Source: Squalus acanthias (lineage: Eukaryota). Taken from it: DNA of 64,000 nt. Below, piece by piece: positions 38,946 through 50,227 of the stretch (positions within the stretch are counted from its first letter, which is position 1; each line of letters begins with the position of its first letter). The stretch covers positions 53,012,001 through 53,076,000 of the forward strand of contig CM059432.1 of NCBI GenBank assembly GCA_030390025.1. The letters are read 5' to 3'. Below the pieces are notes generated by a model. It was not told the DNA's origin. It saw nothing but the letters and a program-made list of their open reading frames with translations, and did not search any database. The position numbers and the translations under genes are program-made.

Positions 38946-40851
38946 GGTCATATATGGTCCAACAATATTTCATGTTTGTACAATTTTCTCACTTAGTCTA
39001 AATTGCCAATAAGCTTCCATAAAGTAAAATACGTCCAGAATGTATACAAGGGTCTCAGCAGCTCTACAAATTCTGCCTCCCAGCTGCAAAGTCATCCTCC
39101 TGTCATACCCTCCAGTGAATTATGACCATTTTTATTGCAGCCTCTTTTATTGCAGCCTCAGGGCTTCAATCTCTGATTTTACAGCTGTGTTTCCATTTGA
39201 AGTGAAATGGTATAGTAGTGAAAAAAGGAGGGTGAGAGCCACACAGAAAGAAAGGGAAGGAGAGACAGGGAGTGAAAATGTATAAGTGATCTATGACGAG
39301 AGTGCAAGACACACAGAAAAAGAGTGGAAGAGAGGAAAGGATAGACTTACAGAAAGAGAGAGAGGAAAAGGGGGGGGGGGGGGAAATCAGACCAAGAGGA
39401 CAATGAGATAAAAAAAGAAAGACTTGCATTTATAACGCTTTTCACGACCACCGGACGTCTCAAAGCGCTTTGCAGCCAATGAATTACTTTTTTAGAGTGT
39501 AGTTACTGTTGTAATGTGGGAAAGTGTGTGGGAGCCATACAGAGAAAGAGGCAAAGGGGACAACAGAAAGAAAGTAAGATAAACAAAGTCAAAGAGATGG
39601 AAATAATTAAAGAGTAGGAGCCAAGCAGAGGGACAGTTACAGGAAGAGATACAAATTTAATTTTTAATTTTTTTGTGAACAGTGCCATGGAGACAACTAG
39701 TATATTGTAAAATGAATGGATAGTTGGGAATGAGTAAAGCTCTAACTTCAGGACTTCAAGCTTTGTTCTTTAGTTTATTACATCACGTGAGCCTATTGAT
39801 TAAATTGCAATCTTAGACAGTCCCAACCATTCACAATTTTACATGCTTAAAATTATGAATCCAGAACAGATATTATAGATCACTATACTCTCAGTGTACT
39901 AGGAGACAAGCCCATCTCCCAGTGTGCCATTTGTCTTGCTGTCACAATGTGATGATATCTCAATGTCCATATGATCTGTTACTTTTATTTGCTATGACTT
40001 GAAGTTATTGTACCTTTTAATGACAAGAAGCCTGTGGATATCTTTCACTCTCTCATTTTGCTAACTTTCAGATGATTCAAGGGATGCTGGTTGAAGATGG
40101 CAGTAAGAAAGGACAACCTTATTTTAGTAGTTGATGGCTGCAGGTGCTAAAGAAGTGCAGGTGCTCAAGAAGTTGCTGTAGATGAATGGTGAAGGAAAAT
40201 GAAAAGTTGATGATATGTGTAGAAGAGGCAGTTGCAGTGGTTTTAGGCTGATCTTGTCAGATTACTGTCAACTGTATGAACTGCGACAGGCTCGGAAAAT
40301 GATGGATCATGGGCCCTGTCATAACTGCAACTTCCTCTGGTCAGACATTTCCTGTGTGCAGTCTGCTTTTTGTTGTAAGTAGCTAATTCTGTTTTCTGCT
40401 GGTTGTACAAGAAAAGTTGATCTAGATTTCAACTCACAGAAGTAGATATGGAAATGTCAAGTTATTTACACAAGATGAAAGAAACTGCAAAATGTAAATT
40501 ACTGTAGAGATGTATACAAAAATTCAAAAACTTCTGTTTAATCTGTTTTTAGCTTTCCTTTTTTATTGCAATTATCTTTTGGTTGCGATACATTGACATT
40601 TGTTGCAGTCATAGTGTGCTGCGTACACGGCATAGCAAACTGGATACGCCATGATACTGAGTGGCTTCGGCAATCACACCGGAGGTTGATTTCAGTGAGT
40701 GGCAGTGATTGTGTACTGTTGTGTTTACTGTTGGTTTCACCAAAAGAGCTGTGGGGGGATGGAGCATGCTCCGGATGCTTGATGTATGAGCGGTATTGTT
40801 GAAGCCCCACTTGCATTGGGCCGACAATAGATTCTTTGAAATCTGCATTGT

Positions 40852-40996
40852 GGGGGTGAAATTGCTCTTTGGCGAAAGTGCAAAACAGCTGCGCCCGATT
40901 GAAATCAATGGAAAAGAAAATCGGGCGCAGTGTAAAACGGGCTGCTCATTCCCTATCACCCATTTTGCACTTTCGCCAAAGAGCAATTTCACCCCC
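40852..40996. mobile_element. 145-bp MITE with 34-bp perfect TIRs
   Basis: gggggtgaaattgctctttggcgaaagtgcaaaa and its reverse complement. Flanks tgt/tat. Confidence 0.85.
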
Positions 40997-41924
40997 TATA
41001 GGGGCAAACTGGACAGCGCCGTGAACTGGGGCGCAGCGACAGTGCGCCAGAGTAGAGAGGCCCGAAGTCCATCCTAAATTGGTCCTCGGGTTCATCAACA
41101 TAATTGGGTGACCTGTGGGTGCCAATTGGGTGCCCTACGCAGTTCGCAGGTCAAGACCCAACCAATTTTGGCTAGCGCTGAGGCCAACCGGTGAATCTGG
41201 GGTGGGGGATTCGATCGGAAGGAGGGGCCAAGTGCAGGCCGTTCCCTGCCCATTGTTGTTTTGTGGGACCAGGAGGAGCACTCCTGCTTCAACTGACTCC
41301 ACAAATAAATGAAGGTCATTCTAACAGAATTTAGAAATACGGGTGGAAAATGGGTGCAAGAGGCTCAGTGCAATATTGAAATGAGGCCTGTGGTCATTTC
41401 AGGCAGCCAGCAGGGCTGCCTAGAAAAGGCCCCGATGCATTTAGCAGTGGCCCAATTTCCTGTACAGATTGTGTGCAGGCCTCTGCCCTGCTAAAATTGG
41501 TTATCATTGCGCCCGCTTTACACCCGTAAAATAGGCACAACAATGTTGAATTAATGCCCCTATGTGTCTCAATGCAGCTTGGGGATTCTACAGCTGTTTT
41601 GTTGAAAATAGGCAGAAACATGACATTTCAGTGTGCTTTATTTAGTGTTTTGAATACTTGTGTAATACAATACTGGAATGAAAGGAGTTAGAGTATTGGA
41701 AGCTGCTGAAATGTCAGATCTTGTGCTGCCACTTGCTTCACTTTTCGCATCAATGTAGTAACAATCCAAAATCAACAAACCTACATACTGACCCTTAAAT
41801 GCCAGCATTTTTGATAATTTTTTTAAATTGTTGTTTAATTTTATTATTTTCTCCCTTTTTTGTTACCTTCTCTGGTCTCCCTATGCTGCACACAATTTAA
41901 TGTACGAGAGATTGGACTGATTAC

Positions 41925-43410
41925 GGCCGCGATTTCCCCTACCTCGGCGGGTTCGTGGCGGACGACGTCGGTGGCGGGTCCCGGCCTCGCTGCCGGCTCT
42001 AGCCCGCTGTTCAAAATGATTTTCCTCTGATCGGGCTTGTTAAGCCCGCCCAGCGCGTTTGCCGGCCAATTGAAGGAAGTGGCTCTGATGACATCATTTG
42101 ATGACGCGTCATCAGCCGGTTTCCTTAAAGGGACCATGCGCAAATTGATTTTGACAGTTGTTCTGTAAGTGTTCTACAGCATTGAGGTGCTGCAAACACT
42201 GAGGTGCACGGCTGCACCCAGGCTCTCCCATGACTCCCTCCATATGCTTATGGAGGGAGTCAAAGCACGCAGGGAGGTTCTCTTCCCTTCCAATGGGTGG
42301 AAGAGACCTCCCCAGGAGATCAACACAGTCTGGTTGCACATTGCACAGGAAGATACAAGCAGGGATGTTGTCAGGAGGACCAGGCTGCAGTGGCACAAAC
42401 CTTTCAATGATCTCAGTAGATCACGAAACGTTACTGCAAAGTCACACTCAACCTCAACCTGCTGTACTACTCATCACATCCCCATTACTCTGCCTTCCCT
42501 ACCCTACTCCTGCACATCCTTACTCACACCAACTTACCTTGCACCTCCACCCATCCCTCTTTATCTACATTATTACTTCCCCATCTCACTAGCCACCCCT
42601 CACACTCACCCTCACCCTAGTGCAATCATACCAACTAACAACACACAAGGGTAGGCACTTGGGTGTTTTATGCAATGTTCATGTAAAGTTTCTGTTAATG
42701 TGGTGTCAAACATTGAAATCTTTATCTTCAACACTTGGACAGATCTGTGTGCACCTTTGGAAGTGGTTTAGTGAGTTGCAGTGAATGGTGAGACATAACA
42801 GTACCCCCCACAATGGTGACGAGTGTGAAAGGAATGGCTTGGGCATTGTAGGGATGCTTCATGGTGTTGGTGTGGGGTGGTGCCAACCAGGCATATCATG
42901 TAGCAGCCAGGGTGTACAGCATCAAATGAAGTAAATCTGGTCATTGTGAGGCCATCCCTGGTGTCCTAGGCAGCAATGTGATCGGGTGCTGATGCCCTGT
43001 GTCCTGTGCAGCATCAGTTGATTGCAGACAAGGTTGGTGGTGTTGTTGGTACTGCTGGTGCTGCTGGTGTTGGGGCTGATTGTGGTGGAATTCTGAGGAC
43101 CAAAGTGAGATAGTTTCAAGGGCACCGATGCTGATGGAATATATGGCAGGTGAACTTGAGATGCCAGAAACAATCTGTCAATGGTAAGAGAGGTTGTTCC
43201 AATGAGGTGACACTGGATAGAGAGTTTACTCCAAACACTTGCAACCTGCATAAAGCTCAATCTGTCTTCCAAATGCAGTAAGCAACAGCTTCTGAGCTTG
43301 GAAAGTGAACAGCTGTGAGATGGGAGCTTTTATAGCACATTTGCAGCTGTCAAGTAATGAGATGATTCCACGGTCATACAACTCCTGACCTGCTTACCTG
43401 ACGTGATTCC
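41925..43410 (+). mobile_element. Non-autonomous Harbinger element (copy B) with Myb exon on the plus strand. Right end truncated.
   Basis: Starts ggccgcgattt. Inverted homolog of copy A. ORF 42169-42654 contains the Myb-like motif. Confidence 0.85.
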
Positions 43411-43764
43411 TGAGCTGGTACAGAAGGGAAAATAAGTCAAACTAAGGGTCCTGCTTTTGAATTCAAACCTATTTGCATTGAAACCACTCCATAATTTGTC
43501 ATTGAAGGAATTTAGCAGAGCAGGAATCCTACTCCAGGCTCTCACTGCAGGCAATAAAACAGATATTTATTATTTATTATTAATAATACATTTATTATTT
43601 TTGATTAGACTACATATATTTATGTATAAGATGACAACAAGCATTTATACAGTGCCTTTCATGTGGCACTTTACATAGGGAGGAGAGAAAAATTAGATGA
43701 GAGGAATAAAGGAATGGACAATGAATAATGGTGGAAGAGATACCCAGAAGCTTGGTCAGAAAAG

Positions 43765-43890
43765 ATGGGTCATAGAGCCATAGAGTCATAACGGCACAGA
43801 AGGTGGCCATTTGGCCCATCGAGTCCGTGTCGGCTCTCTGTAGAGCAATCCAGTCAGTCCCATTCTCCCACTCTATCCCCGTAGCCCTGT
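43765..43890 (-). mobile_element. CR1 3' tail fragment
   Basis: Matches 23655-23765. Confidence 0.8.
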
Positions 43891-45004
43891 TTTGAGAAGG
43901 TTTTTAAAAGAACGAAAGGCCGAAGGTGGGTTGAGTGGGAGGACAGTTTATTATATGAGTCATTGTGGTTGATGGGTATTGCAGCTTACTCTAGCAGATC
44001 GCATCACTTGCTGTCCTGCCTATTGGACTCCCAAGCACTTTTCACTGGCTCCCAATCTCCAGCTCATATCTCTCTGATTCCCAGTCTCCCACTCACATCT
44101 TCCTGGCTTCCTGTCTTTCACTCTCTGGCTCCCATTATCCCATTCTCAGATTGTGTTGTGCGAAGCAGGGGCAGTGCACGGAACAGTCACTTTTATATTA
44201 AAATGTCCTACTCTTTGGTGAATAATGGGACCATTCCATGCAAAGCAGGAAATTTGGTTTTAATGTAAATACTGACTGTTCAATGTGCTGCCACCGTTTT
44301 GCACCAATGCAACTGAGAAGTGGGAGTCTGGGAATGAGAGAGCCAGAGAGATACGAGTGATAGACCAAAAGCAAGTGAGAGACAGCAGGAGAGTGGAAAG
44401 TTTAGTTTTGCAGGTACATATTTTACAGATGAGTATACACAATAGTTGAAAAAAAAAGTTCTAACGTACAGATAAGGGGGATGGTTTTCCTTTTTGGGTG
44501 TCTGACAGGTGCAGCATACTTGAGGTGTGCTATGCCTGTTGGAGGAGAGGATCCTGTGATTTTACTTGCAGGCCCTTGTTCTGGAAAGCAGGACAGGAAA
44601 CAGGGGCACACCTTCAGACCTGAGAGGCTGCCAGCTGCATTGTGGCCACCAGCACCAGGGTCTGAGGATCGTCCTGGGGGAGGGGTTGAAAGACTAAAGT
44701 CTACACTTACCTGCCTCTGACCATCATCTTCAGGCTGCCCCCAAGAACCCTCGAGACCATCTGACTTGTGGAGATCCCGACACAAGCCAGGATTCTTCAG
44801 GCTCCTTCAGCTGTGCTTGGGAAATTGGCATTCTCCAGCCGCAACAAAGCGAACAATCTCATCACCATTCCAATTCTACTCCCTATTTTGTTTACAATTC
44901 TTGGCAATTTCATAAGTGCAGTGAGAGAAATGGTCAAACAAAGCCAATGAATGAGTTCACACTCTCCCGTTTCAAAATGGCAGCTGTAATCTGTCTTGAG
45001 ATAA

Positions 45005-45615
45005 ACTAAATTAAAAAGCAGGACCTCAAGGGTAATAATTTCTGGATTATTGCCTGAGCCACATGCAAATTGGCACAAAGAGAAACAGATCAGGAGAATT
45101 AACACGTGGCTAAAGGGTTAAAGGGCTGGTGTGGGAAAGAGGGGTTCCTTTTTATGGGACACTGGCACCAGTACTGGAACAGGAAGGAGTTGTACTGATG
45201 GGACAGGCTGGTTAAAAAGATGGTTAAAAATAAAGTGAGAGGAACTGGTATTAAAAACTGAGTTAAACTGTCTGTACAGCAATTCACACAGTGTCCGTAA
45301 TAAAACGGGAACAGCAGGCAATAATATGTTGCTTGGAACCAGATATAGTAGGGATTACTGAGACATGGCTACAGAAAAATCAGGACTGGGAATTAAACAT
45401 TGCAGGGTATAACATATTTAGAAAAGATAGAGAGGGAAAAAGGGGAGGTGGAGCAGCTGTACTTATTAGCGATAGCATAATGGCAGTAGAAAAAAGTGAC
45501 GCAGCTATCAGCAAGACAGAAATAGAATCCACGTGGATAGAGATAAAAGATAATAAAGGATCAATCACACTAATAGGGGTAGTCTACAGACCACCTAATT
45601 GTGGAAGGGAGGTGC
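45005..45615 (+). mobile_element. CR1 ORF1-end / endonuclease fragment
   Basis: VIISGLLPEP, DIVGITETWL, GVVYRPPN. Confidence 0.85.
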
Positions 45616-45653
45616 GTAAGAATTATTTATGACTTTCACACCTCCCACATTAG

Positions 45654-47921
45654 GGCCAGAACTTTGAAGGCGCTCGGTGTGCGGATTTGGAGGTGGGTCC
45701 GCTGTCAAAATCAAAAAGAGGAGGGATATACTTACATTGCAGGGTGTTCAGCGAAGGTTCACTAGGTTGATTCCTGAGATGAAAGGGTTGTCTTATGGGA
45801 AAAGGTTGAGCAGGTTGGGCCTATACTCATTGGAGTTTAAAAGAATGAGAGGTGATCTTTTTGAAGCATATAAGATTCTGAGGGGACTTGACAGGGTAGA
45901 TGCAGGGAGGATGTTTCCCCTCATGGTGGAATCTAAAACTAGGGGGCATAGTTTCAGGATAAGGGGTCTCCCATTTAAAATGGAGATGAGGAGGAATTTC
46001 TTCTCTCAGAGGGTCGTGAATCTTTGGAATTCTCTACCCCAGAGAACTGTGGAGGCTGAGTCAGTGAATATATTCAAGGCTGAGATAGGCAGATATTTGG
46101 GCTACAGGGGCGTCATGGGTTATGGGGAACAGGCAGGACAGTGGAGTTGAGGTCGATGATCAGCCATGATCTTATTGAATGGCGGAGCAGGCTCAAAGGG
46201 CTGAATGGCCTACTCCTGCTCCTATTTCTTATGTTCTTATGTATCCCGCTGTAAACCCGTCTCCTTGTCATTTTCCCAAGTATTGGGTCTGTCATCCCTG
46301 AACAGACCCGACACCAAGTGGCGGGTCAGCCAATTTAGATACTTAAAAGCTTGTTAAAAGGTAGTTAAACACCATTTTACCATGTACTTACCATTTTACC
46401 AGCCTTTCCACAAGTTTCCCGGAGCACAGGGATCACGTCAGGTAAGTAGATCGGTTGTCGTGTCAGCATGGAATGATTTACTAACCTGACATCTGCAAAT
46501 GGTCTATGAAAGCTCCCATTTCATAGATCTTCACTTTCCAAGGTTAGAAGCAGTTGCTTACTGCATTTGGAAGACAGATTCAGGTTGCAAGTGTTTGGAG
46601 CAAACTCTCTATCCAGTGTCACCTCATTGGAACAACCTCTCTCACCATTGACAGATCCCTTCTGTCATCTCAACCTCACCTGCCATCTATTCCATCGGTG
46701 CCCTTGAAAAAATCTTACCTTGGTCCTCAGAATCCCAACACGATCAGCCCCAACACCACCATCACTGGGCACACCAGCAGCACCTACATCCACACCAACC
46801 TTCTCCGCAATCAACTGATGCTGCACAGGGTATCAGCACCTGACCACATTGCTGCCCGGGAGGCAAGGGATGGCCTCACCATGTCCAGATTTGCTTCACT
46901 TAACACTGTACACCCTGGCTGCCACATGATGCACCAGGTTGGCACCACCCCACACCAGCACCATAAAGCATCCCTGCAATGTCCAAGCCATTCCTTTCAC
47001 ACTCATCACCATTGGGGCGGGGTGGAGGGACGTTATGTCTCACCATTCACTGGAACTCACTAAGACACTTTCAAAGGTGCACACAAATCTGTCCAAGAAG
47101 GCAAAGACAATAAGGGTTTCAATGCTTGACAACACATTAACAGAAACTTTACAGGAACATTGGCTAAAGCATCTACCTAAAGTGCCTACTTTTGTGTGTT
47201 GTTAGTTGGTATGATTGGACAAGGATGAGGGTGAGTGTGAGGGGTGGCTAGTGAGATGGGGAAGTGATCACGTAAGTAGAGAGGGATGGGTGGAGGTGTA
47301 AGGTAAGTTGGTGTGAGTAAGGATGAGCAGGAGTAGGGTAGGGAAGGCAGAGTGATGGGGATGTGATGAGTGGCACAGCAGGATGAGGTTGAGTGTGGCT
47401 TTGCAGTAACGTTTCGTGATCTACTGAGATCATTGAAAGGTTTGTGCCACTGCAGCCTGGTCCTCCTGACGACATCCCTGCTTGTGCCCTCCTGGGCAAT
47501 GTGTAACAAGGCTGCGTTGGTCTCCTGGGGAGGTCTCTAGGAAGGGAAGAGAATCTCCCTGTGTGCTGTGACTCCCTCCATAAGCATATGGAGGGAGTCA
47601 TGCGAGAGCCTGGGTGCAGCCGTGCACCTTTGTGCAGTGCTTGTCAGTGTTGCAGCAGCTCAATGCTGTAAACCACTGACAGCAGAACTGTCAAAATGAA
47701 TGTGGACATGGTCCCTTTAAGGAAACTGGCTGATGATACGCATCAGATGACGTCATCAGACCCGCTTCCTTTTAATTGGCCGGGAACCTCGCACGGCGGG
47801 TTTAACAAGCCCAATCAGGGCAAAATCACTTGGAGGAGGCGGAATGAAGACGGGAGCGGGGTTTGAGGCTGCTGTCTGCTCCGGCCGCACCGGACTCGAC
47901 ACGGCTGGCGAAATCGCGGTC
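45654..47921 (-). mobile_element. Non-autonomous Harbinger element (copy C). A CR1 3' fragment (+) is inserted at ~45716-46241.
   Basis: Ends ggccagaacttt / aaatcgcggtc. TAG TSD. Collinear with copy A. Confidence 0.8.
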
Positions 47922-50227
47922 TAGGTGTTAGAGTGAGGTTCATAGACCTGAATTCACCTTTAACAAAACCACACAGATACACTGGGCTTAATCTTTACCT
48001 ATCGGTGGGGGGGATGTGGAGTGGGGACCGTGTATCAGGTCGCTATCACGGACGTTCTGTCAGCACGCTCTGCTGTGTCTTTTTAACTAAAATACTCCAA
48101 TTGAATCAGTCATACGGCTTTCCCGGCCAATTAATTGGACCATGTCTGATGACGTCACGGATGACTCAACTTCATCTCACCTATTTAAAGGAGCATTGCA
48201 CAGATGTCAGTTGAAGGTTGGTGGAGGTGCTCCAGAGGTTGGTGGGGAGACAGTGGTTGGCGTGAGTGTAGGAATGTTGTTTGATTATAAAGATCCCAAA
48301 GATTTGTTCACAAAAATGCAGGCTTCGCGCCAAAAGGCTATGCCCAAATTCAGTGATGCCTCCCTGGAAATCCTGCTCTAGAGAGAGAGAGCCCACAGGG
48401 AGGTCCTCTCCCCTAGTGATGGGAGGAAGAGGCCAGCGGCAGAGACGGAGGGCATGGCTGGAGATCGCCGAAGAAGTGAGCAGCAGGAGTGTTGTCACCA
48501 GCTCCTGGATACAGTGCAGGATGAGATTTAATGGCCTCATTAGGTCAGGAAAGGTGAGTACAATGTCACATTCAACTACATCCTGATATGCATGTCACCC
48601 CAATCCCATCATTCTGCCTTCCCAAGCCTACTCCTGCACATCAATCCTCACACCAACCTACCTTGCAGGTGCACCCATCCCTCACTGTCTATGCACGTAC
48701 TTACATCCCATCTGACTATCCACTACTGACACTCACCCTCATCTTAATGCAACCTGGTGACAGAATTAAATATCATACAGCCACATGGTATATAACAGTC
48801 ACTCATGGTGACTTGATGTCAGCAGCCAGTGAAATATGATCATGTGCGTAATGCTAACTTAAAACATTCTAATCATAACAGTTCTAATTAATTAATAATC
48901 TTGTTCTGCGGGGTCCTTTAGGGATGAGTGACCATAACATGATAGAATTCTTCATTAAGATGGAAAGTGAAGAAGTCCAATCCGAAACTAGGGTCCTAAA
49001 TCTAAACAAAGGAAACTACGAAGGTATGAGGAGTGAGTTGGCTATGATAGATTGGGGAGCTTCATTAAAAGGCATGACAGTGGATAGGCAATGGCTAACA
49101 TTTAAGGAATGAATGCATGAATTGCAACAGTTATACATTCCTTACTGGCGCAAAAACACAAAAGGAAAAGCGGCCCAACCATGGCTAACAAAAGAAATTA
49201 AGGATAGTATTAGATCCAAAGAGGAGTCATATAAAGTTGCCAGAAAAAGTAGCAAGCCTGAGGATTAGGAGCAGTTTAGAATTCAGCAAAAAAGGACCAA
49301 GAGACTGATTAAGAGGGGAAAAATAGAATGAGAGTAAACTTGCAAGGAACATAAAAGTGGACTGTAAAAGCTTCTACAAGTTTGTAAAAAGAAAAAGATT
49401 AGTGAAGACAAATGTAAGTCCCTTACAGTCAGAAATGGGAGAATTTATAATAGGGAACAAGGAAATGGCAGAGCAATTAAACAAATACTTTGGTTCTGTC
49501 TTCACGGAAGAGAACACAAATAACTTCCCAGAAATGCTAGGGAACCAAGGGTCTAGTAAGAAGGAGGAATTAAAGGAAATTAGTATTGGTAAAAAAATAG
49601 TGCTGGAGAAATTAATGGGATAGAAAGCCGATAAATCCCCAGGGCCTGATAATCTGCATCCCAGAGTACTAAAAGAGGTAGCCATGGAAATAGTGGATGC
49701 ATTGGTTGTCATTTTCCAAAATTCTGTAGATTATGGAACAGTTCCTGCAGATTGGAGGGTGGCAAATGTAACCCCATTATTTAAAAAAGGAGGGAGAGAA
49801 AAACAGGGAACTACAGCCTAACATCAGTAGTAGGGAAAATGCTAGAGTCTATTATAAAGGATGTGATAACAGAACACTTAGAAAATATCAACAGGTTTAG
49901 ACAAAGTCAACATGGATTTATGAAAGGGATATCGTGTTTGACAAACCTACTGGAGTTTTTTGAGGATGTAACTGGTAGAATAGACAAGGGAGAACCAGTG
50001 GATGTGGTGTATTTGGATTTTCAGAAGGCCTTTGATAAAGTCCCACATAAGAGGTTAGTGTGCAAAATTAAAGCACATGGGATTGGGGGTAATATATTGG
50101 CATGGATTGAAAATTGGTTAACAGACAGGAAACAGAGAGTAGGAATAAGTGGGTCTTTTTCGGGGTGGCAGGCGGTGACTAGTGGGGTACCGCAGGGATC
50201 AGTGCTTGGGCCCCAGCTATTCACAAT

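Noticed and set aside
40040..40135. Acceptor-like site tctctcattttgctaactttcag|ATG
   Set aside because: All frames close quickly, the peptide is unrecognisable and no partner exon was found. Could be non-coding but is unsupported.
40538..40830. Short ORFs on both strands in CpG-containing unique sequence
   Set aside because: No recognisable domain or convincing splice pair.
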